Source: a virus (taxonomy: Duplodnaviria > Caudoviricetes). From it: a stretch of DNA of 37,584 nucleotides. The position numbers were made by a program, and so were the translations under genes. The DNA is taken from IMG/VR virus record IMGVR_UViG_3300022181_000052, positions 1 through 37,584 of that record, one strand, 5' to 3'. Positions 25,954 to 34,945 of this stretch are shown here, piece by piece. Below the pieces are notes generated by a model. The model worked only from the letters and a program-made list of their open reading frames with translations, made no database searches and was not told the origin of the DNA. Positions within the stretch are counted from its first letter, which is position 1; each line of letters opens with the position of its first letter.

Positions 25954-26615
25954 GGCCGCACCTCGCAGGCCACGCCCGGGCCCCAGGCGCGGTACAGGGG
26001 CTGGTGCTTGAGCAAGATGAGGCGCGGATAGCCGCGATTCTCGCGCTCGTTGGCCGGGGCCCGGCCCACCTCCACGGACTCCACCTGGTCCCACCAGGCC
26101 CCGGGCTCCAGGCCCAGGCGCGCGACTGCGGCGCGTTTTTTCAGAACCCACCCCAGGCCGCCGTTGTACGCCGAGAGAATCATGGCCCAGCGGTCGCAGT
26201 CGGACGCCGAACCCCGGACGCGCTCCCAAATCCAGCGGTCATAGGCGCACATCGCGCGCACGGCCCAGGCCGGATTCCAGGCGTCGGGCCTCCCCAACTC
26301 GGGGTGCGTCTCGGCCAGCCAGGTGGCCGTGGAAGGCATGATCTGGGCCAGGCCCATCGCTCCCACCGGCGACACGGCGCGCTCGTCGCCCCGGGATTCC
26401 TGGTGGATCTGCGCGGCGAATACGGCCACAGGGGCCGTCATGCCCCAGGCCGAGGACCGGGCCGCGCGGACGATGAGCGAACGGTGGACCTGCATGGCGC
26501 GCGGGATGCCGCCCGCTTCAGCGGGTCGGGCCGCCAGGAGCACCAGCACCAGGAAGAGCAGGCACACGATCAGGATCAGCAGCATCATCGCAAAGAGGCG
26601 GAAGTCGCGGGACAT
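25950..26615 (-). CDS. Endolysin: SLT lytic transglycosylase with N-terminal membrane/signal anchor
   Basis: Catalytic 'QIHQES', 'SPVGAMGLAQIMPST', 'SAYNGG', 'ENRGY'. Hydrophobic N-terminus. Confidence 0.92.
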   Translation of the reverse strand: MSRDFRLFAMMLLILIVCLLFLVLVLLAARPAEAGGIPRAMQVHRSLIVRAARSSAWGMTAPVAVFAAQIHQESRGDERAVSPVGAMGLAQIMPSTATWLAETHPELGRPDAWNPAWAVRAMCAYDRWIWERVRGSASDCDRWAMILSAYNGGLGWVLKKRAAVARLGLEPGAWWDQVESVEVGRAPANERENRGYPRLILLKHQPLYRAWGPGVACEVRP

Positions 26616-26617
26616 GG

Positions 26618-26983
26618 TCACAGCCCCAGGCTCACGGCCAAAGCGCCCACGGCGACCATCCCGGACTGGCGCAGGCAGGCCGCGCAAAACAGCGTGTCGC
26701 AGCCCATCGACACGGGATAGTCGGGATCGCCGTCCGCGCCGTGTCCGCCCGCCCTGCGCCAGTCCGTCCAGAGGTATCCGGCGGGCTGGGCGTAGGGGAA
26801 CAGCGCCCAATCGAGCCAGAAGAAGTCCAGGGCCCCGAGCATGGGCAAGGCCAGCTTGTAGGGCAGCAGGGGCATCTGCTGCGGGGCCAGGGCCCCCAGG
26901 GTCACGATCAGAATTGCGGTCACGGCGAACAACAACCAGAAGCGGGCGCGCTCCAAAAACGTGCGCGGGGAATTCGCGTGCAT
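26618..26983 (-). CDS. Putative holin (2/3 TM family of Mu-like phages)
   Basis: Start MHANS after AGGAG. TM segments, 'APQQ...YKLAL...WLDWALFPYAQP', C-terminal 'AVSLGL'. First gene of the lysis cassette. Confidence 0.8.
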   Translation of the reverse strand: MHANSPRTFLERARFWLLFAVTAILIVTLGALAPQQMPLLPYKLALPMLGALDFFWLDWALFPYAQPAGYLWTDWRRAGGHGADGDPDYPVSMGCDTLFCAACLRQSGMVAVGALAVSLGL

Positions 26984-27092
26984 GGTCTCCTCCTGCGGTT
27001 GGGACGGCGGCCCGCCTGGGTGGGCCGGGAGCGCATGCGCCATCGCTCCCGGCCCGGGATCAGGAGGGCGTCAACCATCCAGGCCAGGCCCG

Positions 27093-27134
27093 ACCATAGG
27101 CCGGACCGCCGGAGGGATCATTTAACCGGCGTTA
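27093..27134 (-). promoter_or_regulatory. Putative Mor/C-activated late promoter upstream of the lysis genes
   Basis: Minus strand TAAC-GCCG-GTTAAA-N22-TATGGT; twin of the site at 19687-19730. Confidence 0.6.
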
Positions 27135-27165
27135 CTAGAATGGGATGGGTGGCGAGGCTAGAACG

Positions 27166-27198
27166 GCCCCCGGGCCGCACGACGTGCGGCCCGGGGCG
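27166..27198 (-). terminator. Hairpin terminating the repressor operon
   Basis: CCCCGGGCCGCAC-GAC-GTGCGGCCCGGGG, just downstream of the 27206 stop. Confidence 0.6.
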
Positions 27199-27205
27199 AG
27201 AGGAA

Positions 27206-27838
27206 TTACTTCGCGTCGACGATGAGGCACTGCTCCAGACGCGGGATGCCGAGCGTCGCGCCACGCGCGAGGCCCTCCACGATGACGGATTGTCCCTTCT
27301 TCAGCGCGGCGGCCTTGTCCAGGGCGGAGCAGGCGGTCGGCCCCTTCGTTGATTTGATTTGCACGTCGTAGAGCGCGGCATGCACCTGAGCCGTTCCGTA
27401 CTCATCAGCCGCGAGAGCCACGTAGGGATCTCCGGTGATGTCCTTGGAGACGGAATCCACGCGGCCTTTGACCTGGACCCACTTGCCTTTGTACTTCGCG
27501 TCGGCCGAGACTTCGTTGGCGCTGTACTCGTTGTACATCCGGGCCGCGCTCGTGGGCACGACGTCACCGGCGGAGAGCTGCTTGTCGACCCGCTGCTTGA
27601 GTTTGGCCAGGATCTTATCCTCTTGCTGGGCGGAGGGAGGCTGCTGCGCCGGGCTGCCCAGCGTCTTTGGGTGTCTGGCCTGCAAGAAGGCCACGGCGAG
27701 CAGCACCGCGACGGCCAGGATGACGTAGTGTTTGAAGGTGAGCTTCTGCTTGGGCTTGAGCTTCATCCCGCAATGAGGACAGGACGAGGCCTGATCCGAT
27801 ACCTGGGCCCGGCACTCCGGGCACTCGCGCAAAGCCAT
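27206..27838 (-). CDS. Zinc-ribbon + TM + OB-fold (tRNA_anti-like) membrane protein
   Basis: 'CPEC...CPHCG', one TM, 'YNEYSANEVSADAKYKGKWVQVKGRV'. Directly downstream of the repressor. Confidence 0.8.
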   Translation of the reverse strand: MALRECPECRAQVSDQASSCPHCGMKLKPKQKLTFKHYVILAVAVLLAVAFLQARHPKTLGSPAQQPPSAQQEDKILAKLKQRVDKQLSAGDVVPTSAARMYNEYSANEVSADAKYKGKWVQVKGRVDSVSKDITGDPYVALAADEYGTAQVHAALYDVQIKSTKGPTACSALDKAAALKKGQSVIVEGLARGATLGIPRLEQCLIVDAK

Positions 27839-27858
27839 GCGAACCTCCCTATCTCGAT

Positions 27859-28599
27859 CTACAGCGCCTCGTGGCACCACCAAATGACGCGGCCGATAAT
27901 GCGCACCACGTCGGCCATGTCGCCCGACATGTCGATCTCGACCGGGGCATACGCCGGGTTGGCGCTGCGCAGCACGAGCTTGCCGGGCAGACGCTCCACC
28001 AGCTTGACCACGACGGTATCCTCAATCCCCACACCGTAAACTTTTCCGGCCAATATCTCGGCCTGCCCCTTGTCGATGAGCACCGTGTCGCCGTTGCGGA
28101 GCATGGGCTCCATTGAATCGCCCGACACCTCCATCAAGACCATCTTGTCCGGGGTGCCCTTGGCGCGCAGCCAGTCCGAGCGGAAGGCATAGAGCCCACG
28201 GACCTCGGCGCCGGTTTCGAAAGAGCCTCCGCCTGCCGACAGGCGCGCGGTCACCTTGGGCACCATGAGCAGACCATCCACCGCCACCGGCTCCGGCGAT
28301 GTCGGGCTCGCGGCGGCAGGCCGTGAGGGTTCGGTTTGTGCGCTAGTCGGCGCATAGACCGGCCCGGAACCCAACAGAATCCATTCCGGGGACGCCCCCG
28401 TCTTTTGACACAGGTCTGAAATCGTATCGGCGCCCGGGGTCCGAAACCCTTTTTCGTACCCGCGCAGGGTGTTGATGTTCAGTCCGAGGAGATCCGCGAA
28501 ACGCTCCTGGGTCATGGAGCCGCGCACGATTTTCAAGCGTCCGGCAAGGGTTGAGGCGTCTTGTTCTGGCTTCACTGTAATCCGTTCTTTTTTCAGCAA
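27859..28599 (-). CDS. CI-like repressor (XRE HTH + S24 peptidase); exact start uncertain (TTG 28599 or GTG 28575)
   Basis: HTH 'TQERFADLLGLNINTLRGYEKG..P', cleavage site 'LSAGGG', catalytic 'GDSMEP' and 'VKLV'. Confidence 0.92.
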   Translation of the reverse strand: MLKKERITVKPEQDASTLAGRLKIVRGSMTQERFADLLGLNINTLRGYEKGFRTPGADTISDLCQKTGASPEWILLGSGPVYAPTSAQTEPSRPAAASPTSPEPVAVDGLLMVPKVTARLSAGGGSFETGAEVRGLYAFRSDWLRAKGTPDKMVLMEVSGDSMEPMLRNGDTVLIDKGQAEILAGKVYGVGIEDTVVVKLVERLPGKLVLRSANPAYAPVEIDMSGDMADVVRIIGRVIWWCHEAL

Positions 28600-28753
28600 A
28601 AAACCTATTTATGGCCCTATGTATGGTTCGAAATCTAAACTTTTTCTGCACAATCGTATTGACTGGTGGTTCGTTTTTCGGCAAGAGGAAGCTGTGTGGT
28701 TCGAAAAACTAACCTCGTTACCCCGTTTTTAGCAGCAAGCACCCGGGGGCGCA
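28600..28753. promoter_or_regulatory. Divergent immunity control region with putative operators
   Basis: AT-rich. TGGTTCG repeats at 28624, 28667 and 28697. GGTTCGAAAAACTAACC is quasi-palindromic. TTGACT at 28659. Confidence 0.6.
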
Positions 28754-29203
28754 ATGTCAAAGCCGCTACCAAAAATTGACCGGGGAATGGTCCAGCTCAC
28801 GCTCCCTCTGTCTGAACTCCCCTCCCAGAAGCGGAGAACCGGCTCCCTCCGTACCAAAGAGGGCGTCAAGGACGCGATCCGCACGGCGCTGCGCGCCTGC
28901 GGCCTGTCCCGCGAAACCGTGGCCGACGAGCTGTCCCGGCTCACCGGCGACAAAATCTCCGTGCATACGATCAACAACTGGTGCGCCCCCGAGAAGACCG
29001 ACCGGCCCATGCCCCTGGAATATGCCGCGGCCCTGACCGTGATCACCGGCGACACGGGCGTGGTCCAGGCCGCCGTGGAGGCCGCCGGGCTCGTGGTCCT
29101 CTCGCCCGAGGACGCGCCCTACTTCGAGCTGGGCAAACTCACGGCCGAGGACAGGGCGCGGGCGGCACGTAAAAAGACCCTCTTTGAAAGGATCGGCAAA
29201 TGA
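28754..29203 (+). CDS. Phage regulatory protein (HTH, CII-like)
   Basis: First early gene. 'GLSRETVADELSRLTG..ISVHTINNWCA'. Confidence 0.7.
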   Translation: MSKPLPKIDRGMVQLTLPLSELPSQKRRTGSLRTKEGVKDAIRTALRACGLSRETVADELSRLTGDKISVHTINNWCAPEKTDRPMPLEYAAALTVITGDTGVVQAAVEAAGLVVLSPEDAPYFELGKLTAEDRARAARKKTLFERIGK

Positions 29204-29403
29204 ACGAGCGGCAGATCCGCGCGTGGATGATCCTCAACAAGCTGACCCCAAAGAAGGTCGCCCAGAGCCTCGGGATCAGCGACACGGCCGTCTACCGGTT
29301 TCTCAACGGCACGATGTCGTCCGCGCGCATCAACGGCTGGTTCCGGCGGAAGGGCTGCCCGGCCGCCTATCTCAAGAGCACCAACACCAGGAGGGCTGCG
29401 TGA
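29200..29403 (+). CDS. Cro/Ner-like HTH protein
   Basis: 67 aa, 'KVAQSLGISDTAVYRFLNG', 'GCPAAYL'. ATGA coupling with the previous gene. Confidence 0.75.
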   Translation: MNERQIRAWMILNKLTPKKVAQSLGISDTAVYRFLNGTMSSARINGWFRRKGCPAAYLKSTNTRRAA

Positions 29404-29645
29404 TGAAGCGGTTCAAGGTGGATGTGACCAAGACCATCGGGTTCACGGCGACTGTTGAGGCGCACGACGCCGAAGATGCCTGGGAAATCGTGGCCGAACT
29501 GGAATCCTACAACTTCGACGTCAACTCCCGCGAAGAGACGGAAGAGGAAGTCGAAGGCCCCCAGGGAGTGTCCCTGGTGAGCATTTCCCCGGCCGAGGAA
29601 GACGACTTCGAAGTGCACTACCCCGCCGAGGAGGTGTCTGAATGA
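29403..29645 (+). CDS. Acidic hypothetical protein (DpnD/PcfM-like N-terminus)
   Basis: ATG 29403 overlaps the previous stop. MKRFKVDVTKTIGFTATVEAHDAEDA; 23 D/E in 80 aa. Confidence 0.7.
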   Translation: MKRFKVDVTKTIGFTATVEAHDAEDAWEIVAELESYNFDVNSREETEEEVEGPQGVSLVSISPAEEDDFEVHYPAEEVSE

Positions 29646-29812
29646 TCCCCCTGCGCGTGACCGCAAAGGCCGGGCCGGACGGCGCACGGGTCGTGCAGGT
29701 CTGGGCCGACGGGCGGATGGTCGGGGCGGCCACGCTGCGGCGCGGTGAGAGTATGGCCGACCTGCTGCGCTCCGCCGCCGCCAGGGCCAAGGCCCGGGAG
29801 GTGCGGTCGTGA
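29642..29812 (+). CDS. Small hypothetical protein (56 aa, not in the ORF track)
   Basis: MIPLRVTAK...AREVRS. Coupled on both sides (ATGA, GTGA) with GGAGGT RBS. Confidence 0.65.
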   Translation: MIPLRVTAKAGPDGARVVQVWADGRMVGAATLRRGESMADLLRSAAARAKAREVRS

Positions 29813-30120
29813 CCAGACACAAGGGAGCCGGGTCGTCGGCCATCCGCGCACTGCGCGTGCTCAAGGCCCTCAAGGGCCAGACCATGCACGGCCTGTCCAA
29901 CAAGGAGCTGGCCCAGGGGCTGGGCGAGAGCGCGGTCAACATCAGCCGCGCCCTGGCCGTGCTGGAGGCGGAGGGGTTCGTGAGCCAGCTGCCCACCGGG
30001 CGCTGGACCCATTCCGTGGCCCTGCTCCAGATTGCCCAGGCCCACGCCGAACACATGGCCGCAACCCAGGGCCGCATGCTCGAACTCAACCGCCGCATCG
30101 CCGCCGGGGCGATGGGCTGA
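29809..30120 (+). CDS. IclR-type HTH DNA-binding protein
   Basis: 'RALRVLKALKG...GLSNKELAQGLGES..NISRALAVLEAEGFV', common in Mu-like early regions. Confidence 0.85.
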   Translation: MTRHKGAGSSAIRALRVLKALKGQTMHGLSNKELAQGLGESAVNISRALAVLEAEGFVSQLPTGRWTHSVALLQIAQAHAEHMAATQGRMLELNRRIAAGAMG

Positions 30121-30135
30121 AAACAGGAGGAGTCC

Positions 30136-30360
30136 ATGCCAGACGTAACCAGCCACTTTCTCCCGGAAAACGTCTTCAATGCGAGCTTCCACGACCTTTT
30201 CAAGGAGATGGACGAGATGGACGCGGCCTACGCCAGCCTGCTCCCGAGAAAATCCGATGGGGCCCCGGCGGGGCTCATGTTCGTCACAAACGATCCTGTA
30301 CTGGCTGCGCTGATCGAGGAGCTGCTGATCAACTACGACGATGAGGGAGACGAGGAATGA
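30136..30360 (+). CDS. Acidic hypothetical protein
   Basis: Strong AGGAGG RBS. Coupled to the next gene by ATGA. Confidence 0.65.
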   Translation: MPDVTSHFLPENVFNASFHDLFKEMDEMDAAYASLLPRKSDGAPAGLMFVTNDPVLAALIEELLINYDDEGDEE

Positions 30361-31637
30361 GCGCTGAAGCCATCTTGAACAACGACATTCTGGTGTCGGC
30401 CATGCAGCGCACAGCCGACAACGACCACGACCTCTACGGCGAACTCCAATCCCGCGCCGAGGCGGCGGTTCAGGTCGCCGTGCAGCTGGCCGAGAAAGCG
30501 GACCGGCAGCTCTCGGACAAGGCCTTGATCGACATCGCCTGCGCCGCCGTGACCGACGCCGACCCTGCCCAGGCCGCCCTGTCCACCCGGCACAGCCTGG
30601 TGGGCTGGCTCGGCGGACCGGCGGCCATCCCCAGCGACTTCCGCCTGCCCTGGGAAAACAGACGCGGCAAGGCCAAGACCGCCACCGCCCCCGAGGCCCC
30701 GACCCCGCACATCCCGGAGATCACGGAGGAGCGAGGCGCGGAGCTGACCCGCATGCAGGGCGAGGCCGCGCTCATGGATCAGGCGGTCATGGACTCGGCC
30801 GACGTGTTCAAGGCCCTGGGGCAGATTGAGGGCCTGGATTTTCTGCGACACGTCGCAGATGTCGCCGCCGCGCAGGCGTTCGAAAAATTAAAGGTACAGA
30901 AGAAATACAAGGGGTTGCCGTACAAAGACCCCGAAGGAAATCTGCGACATGTCGCAGATTTGGCCGAGTTCTGCGAGGCGTTCCTCGGCAGGTCGTACCG
31001 CCGCGTGAAGGAACTAGCCGACAACCTCCACACCCTCGGCTCCGATCTCTACGAATCCGCTGAACGCATCGGCTTCCGCGCCCGCGATTACGCGGCCCTC
31101 AAGGCCCTGCCCGCCGAGGAGCAGGCCGTGGTCAAGCAGGCCCTGGCCAGCGAGAGCCGGGAGCAGGTGCTGGACATCCTCCAGGACATGGCCGCCAGGC
31201 ATGCCTCGGAGCGGGCGGCCGCGAAAAAGGCGGCCGAGGAGTTGAGCGCCGACCTGGACGCCCGGGACAAGGTGCTCAAGGACAAAACCAGCAAGCTCGA
31301 CGAGCTGACCGTGAAGCTCGAGAAGATGCGGTCCCTGCCCGAGAACCGCCGCGCCAAATTGCGCCTGGAACAGGAGGAGCAGGCCGCCGACAAGCTGGGC
31401 GCGGCGGTCATGGGCGCCGTCGGCGCGCTTAATGAATTCTGCCGCCAGTTGGCGGACATCAAGGGGGCCGAGGTCAGCGTCTACACCCAGCAGCACGCGG
31501 ACGCCACGGCGTCCTGGCTTTGCCAGCAGATTCAGCTGGCCCTCCAGGAAAACGGCATCCAGGCGGACATGGCCGAGATCGTGCTGCCCACCTGGATGCG
31601 CGACGAGGCCAAGTCCTCCCCGGTGGCGGAGGCGTAG
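30357..31637 (+). CDS. DUF3102-like coiled-coil protein upstream of the transposase
   Basis: 'EFCEAFLGRSYRRV...NLHTLG..LYE.AERIG...Y..LKALP' followed by a coiled coil. Position conserved in B3-like phages. Confidence 0.7.
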   Translation: MSAEAILNNDILVSAMQRTADNDHDLYGELQSRAEAAVQVAVQLAEKADRQLSDKALIDIACAAVTDADPAQAALSTRHSLVGWLGGPAAIPSDFRLPWENRRGKAKTATAPEAPTPHIPEITEERGAELTRMQGEAALMDQAVMDSADVFKALGQIEGLDFLRHVADVAAAQAFEKLKVQKKYKGLPYKDPEGNLRHVADLAEFCEAFLGRSYRRVKELADNLHTLGSDLYESAERIGFRARDYAALKALPAEEQAVVKQALASESREQVLDILQDMAARHASERAAAKKAAEELSADLDARDKVLKDKTSKLDELTVKLEKMRSLPENRRAKLRLEQEEQAADKLGAAVMGAVGALNEFCRQLADIKGAEVSVYTQQHADATASWLCQQIQLALQENGIQADMAEIVLPTWMRDEAKSSPVAEA

Positions 31638-33386
31638 ATGAACGCGAACCTCGGCGAACTGGACCTCCTGCGTGATCTGGCCGCGCGCCTGGCCGCCGCC
31701 CCCCACGGCGGCCGGACCGCGATGGTGGACGCCGCCGCGCAGACCCTGCGCGTGAGCCGCCAGGAGGTCTACCGCCGACTCGCGGCCGTGGGCTTCAGTT
31801 CCGGCCGCAAACCCCGCGCGGACCGGGGCCGCTGCATGGTCGACGAGGACGTGGCCAAGCGCGCGGCGGCCCTGGTCCAGGGGGCGCGGAGGAAGAGCGG
31901 CAAGAAGACCATGCCGCTCTCCGAGGCCCTGGAAATCCTGCGCGAAAACGGTGTGGGACAGGTGGACCAGGAAACCGGCGAAGTGGTCCTGCCGCAGTCG
32001 TCCACAACGCTCTCCAGGGCCATGCGCAAGTACGGCTGCCATCCGGCCATGCTCGTGCAGGGCAAGCCCCATTCCCACATGCAGAGCCCCCACCCCAACT
32101 GGTGCTGGCAGATCGACGCCTCGCTCTGTGTCCTGTTCTATCTGCCCAAGGGTGGACTCCAGGTCATGGAGGAAGGGGTCTTCTACAAGAACAAGATCAA
32201 AAACCTCGAACGCGTGGCGCGGGAGCGCGTCTGGCGCTACGTGGTCACGGATCACTATTCCGGGGCGCTCTACGTCCGCTACGTCCAGGCCGCCGGTGAG
32301 AACGCGGAGAACCTCGTGGAGACGCTCATCCTGGCCATGCAGCCGCGCGGCATGGAAGACCCCATGCACGGGGTGACGCGGAACCTGCTCATGGACATCG
32401 GGTCCGCCAACACGTCCTATCTCTGCCTGAATTTCCTGAAGAACATGAAGGTCAACGTCCTGGTCCACAAGCCCGGGAACTCCCGGGCGAAAGGGCAGGT
32501 CGAGCAGGCCCAGAACCTGGTGGAGACCCAGTTCGAAGGTCGGCTGGCCTACATGCGCATCCAGAGCATCGAGGAGTTGCAGGCGGCGGCGGACAAGTGG
32601 CGTCGCCATTTCAACGCCTGGGCCGTGCATTCGCGGCACGGCCGGAGCCGTAACTCCATGTGGCTGACCATCACCGAGGAGCAGCTGCGCCTGGCCCCGA
32701 GCGTCGAGTTGTGCCGCGAACTCGTGGTGACCAAGCCCGCGCAGGCCACGGTGCGAGACGACATGACCATCACCTACAGCCTCAAGGGATTCGGCCGCCA
32801 CACCTACGATCTGCGCTACATCCCGGGCCTGGTGCCCAAGATGAAGGTCGTGGTGATGGTCAACCCCTACCGCGCCCCGGCCGTGGACGTGACCACGCTC
32901 AACGAGCGTGGCGAGGAGACGGTCTGGACCGTGGAGCCCGTGGAGATCACCGAGGCCGGGTTCCGCGCGGACGCGGCGGTCATCGGCCAGGCACACAAGA
33001 CCCTGCCGGACACCGTGGCGGACCGCACTCTCAAGGAGATCGAGGCCGCCGGGGTCGTGGCCGGACGGCAGAGCGGCGAGGCCCCCTACGGCCTGGACGT
33101 GCTGGCCGACCTGCGCGAGGCCCCGGCCTACATCCCGCGCCGTGGCCGCGACCTGGGCCTGGACGCCGCGCGGCGCGAAATCCCGCCCATGAGCCACGTG
33201 GAGGCGGCCCGGCTGCTCAAGGCGCGCGTGGGCGCGGCCTGGACGTCCGAGACTTACGCCTGGCTCACCCAGCGCTACCCGGACGGCGTGCCGCCCGAGG
33301 ACATCGACACCATAGCGGCCCAGCTCACCGGACCGGCCCCGCACAAGGCCGTGCCGCTGCGCCTGGCCACACAAGGAGGGCTCTAG
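31638..33386 (+). CDS. Mu-type DDE transposase A
   Basis: N-terminal HTH with 'RKPRADRG'. Catalytic 'HPNWCWQIDAS', 'LMDIGS', 'RAKGQVE'. Confidence 0.93.
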   Translation: MNANLGELDLLRDLAARLAAAPHGGRTAMVDAAAQTLRVSRQEVYRRLAAVGFSSGRKPRADRGRCMVDEDVAKRAAALVQGARRKSGKKTMPLSEALEILRENGVGQVDQETGEVVLPQSSTTLSRAMRKYGCHPAMLVQGKPHSHMQSPHPNWCWQIDASLCVLFYLPKGGLQVMEEGVFYKNKIKNLERVARERVWRYVVTDHYSGALYVRYVQAAGENAENLVETLILAMQPRGMEDPMHGVTRNLLMDIGSANTSYLCLNFLKNMKVNVLVHKPGNSRAKGQVEQAQNLVETQFEGRLAYMRIQSIEELQAAADKWRRHFNAWAVHSRHGRSRNSMWLTITEEQLRLAPSVELCRELVVTKPAQATVRDDMTITYSLKGFGRHTYDLRYIPGLVPKMKVVVMVNPYRAPAVDVTTLNERGEETVWTVEPVEITEAGFRADAAVIGQAHKTLPDTVADRTLKEIEAAGVVAGRQSGEAPYGLDVLADLREAPAYIPRRGRDLGLDAARREIPPMSHVEAARLLKARVGAAWTSETYAWLTQRYPDGVPPEDIDTIAAQLTGPAPHKAVPLRLATQGGL

Positions 33387-34547
33387 ATGCTGCAACGGCT
33401 CAAGAAGTGTCTGGATGAATATGGAATCAGCCAGGCCGAACTGGCGCGGGCCGTGGGGATCAGCGGCCCCAGCATGTGCAGGATCATGCTGCGCGGCGAG
33501 TGGCCCCGGCGCACCCGGACCGAGGCGCTCCAGGAAAACATCCGCGCTGTCCTGGCCGAGCGGGACGTGCCCCGGGCGGACATGAAGGATCTGTTCGAGA
33601 ACCCCGACGCCGAACGCGCCGGAGAACCGCAGGAGGATGAGATCATGTTGTTGAGCAGGCAGACCCTGTTCCGCGAGACCAAGCAGCATTTCAAGCTGTT
33701 CTGCAATCCGTTCAGCGAGGACATGCGGTCCTCCGAGGACGTGTTCTTGAGTGCGGACATCCGCTACGTGCGCGAGTCGATGTTCAACGTGGCCAAAAAC
33801 GGCGGGTTCCTGGCGCTCGTCGGGGAGTCCGGCAGCGGCAAGAGCACCCTGCGCCGCGACCTCATTGCCCGGCTGGCCGAGGAAGCCCCCCAGGTCGTGG
33901 TGATCGAGCCCTACGTGCTGGGGATGGAGGACAGCGACAAGAAGGGCAAGACGCTCAAGTCCTCGCACATCGCCGAGGCCATCATGGACAGGATCGCGCC
34001 CACGGAAGTGCTGGCGTCCAGCTCGGAAGCGCGGTTCCGCCAGGTCCATCGGTCGCTCCTCAATTCGGCGCGCGGCGGCCAGAGCCACGTCCTCATCATG
34101 GAGGAGGCCCACGGCCTGGCCATCCCGGTGCTCAAGCACCTCAAGCGGTTCTGGGAGTTGGAGGACGGGTTCCGCCGCCTGCTCTCCATCATCCTCATCG
34201 GCCAACCCGAACTCCAGGCCAAGCTGGCCCGGGGCAACTACCAGGTCCGCGAAGTGGTCCAGCGCTGCGAGGTCGTGGAGCTGCGGCCCCTGGGCAAGGA
34301 TCTCCAGGCGTACATCCAATTCAAGCTCACGCGCGCGGGGATCAAGGACACGACCGCCGTCATCAGCGACGAGGGCGTGGAGGCCCTGCGGGAGCGGCTC
34401 ACCGGCCCGGTGGCTCGCCGAGGCGGCCGGGAGGTCGTGAGCCTCTGCTACCCGCTGGTGGTGGGTAACATGATGATCGCCGCCATGAACGTGGCCGCCG
34501 AGATCGGCGTGCCCCAGGTGAACCCGGACGTGATCCGGCAGGTGTGA
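33387..34547 (+). CDS. MuB-like / ExeA-family AAA ATPase with N-terminal HTH
   Basis: HTH 'ISQAELARAVGIS', Walker A GESGSGKS, Walker B 'LIMEEAH', 'LIGQPEL', 'EVVQRC'. Confidence 0.92.
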   Translation: MLQRLKKCLDEYGISQAELARAVGISGPSMCRIMLRGEWPRRTRTEALQENIRAVLAERDVPRADMKDLFENPDAERAGEPQEDEIMLLSRQTLFRETKQHFKLFCNPFSEDMRSSEDVFLSADIRYVRESMFNVAKNGGFLALVGESGSGKSTLRRDLIARLAEEAPQVVVIEPYVLGMEDSDKKGKTLKSSHIAEAIMDRIAPTEVLASSSEARFRQVHRSLLNSARGGQSHVLIMEEAHGLAIPVLKHLKRFWELEDGFRRLLSIILIGQPELQAKLARGNYQVREVVQRCEVVELRPLGKDLQAYIQFKLTRAGIKDTTAVISDEGVEALRERLTGPVARRGGREVVSLCYPLVVGNMMIAAMNVAAEIGVPQVNPDVIRQV

Positions 34548-34561
34548 TTGGAGGAAACGAC

Positions 34562-34945
34562 ATGACCGAGAACCAGAAATGGCTGCGCGAAATCCTGCTC
34601 AAGGAAATGACCATGCACGTTGGGCGGTCCCGGGCCATCGGCATGGGTGAGCTGTATGAGCGTGTATACGGGCGGCCGTACCGGAGCAAGATCAACGGAA
34701 CCAGGGGCCTGCGCAAGCTGGTCACGGACTTGCGCGATGAGGGAGTGGCCATCTGCTCCATCCCGGACAGTGGTGGTGGCGGCTACTATCTGGCCTCGGC
34801 CGGGAGCGAGTTGGACGACTACTGCAAAAAAATACGCTCCCGCGCCCTCAAGATGTTGGCCTTGGAATCCAAGCTGCGCAAGACCACCTTGCCCCTGCTC
34901 TTGGACCAGGTGCAGCTCAACCTGCGCTACTCCTCGGAGGTTTAG
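34562..34945 (+). CDS. Winged-helix hypothetical protein
   Basis: ATG after GGAGG. 'HVGRSRAI', 'RGLRKLVTDLRDEGVAICS....GGYYLA'. Confidence 0.75.
   Translation: MTENQKWLREILLKEMTMHVGRSRAIGMGELYERVYGRPYRSKINGTRGLRKLVTDLRDEGVAICSIPDSGGGGYYLASAGSELDDYCKKIRSRALKMLALESKLRKTTLPLLLDQVQLNLRYSSEV

Noticed and set aside
31014-34319. 1101-aa - strand ORF
   Set aside because: Antisense shadow of the transposase and ATPase genes, an expected result of high GC3 codon bias.
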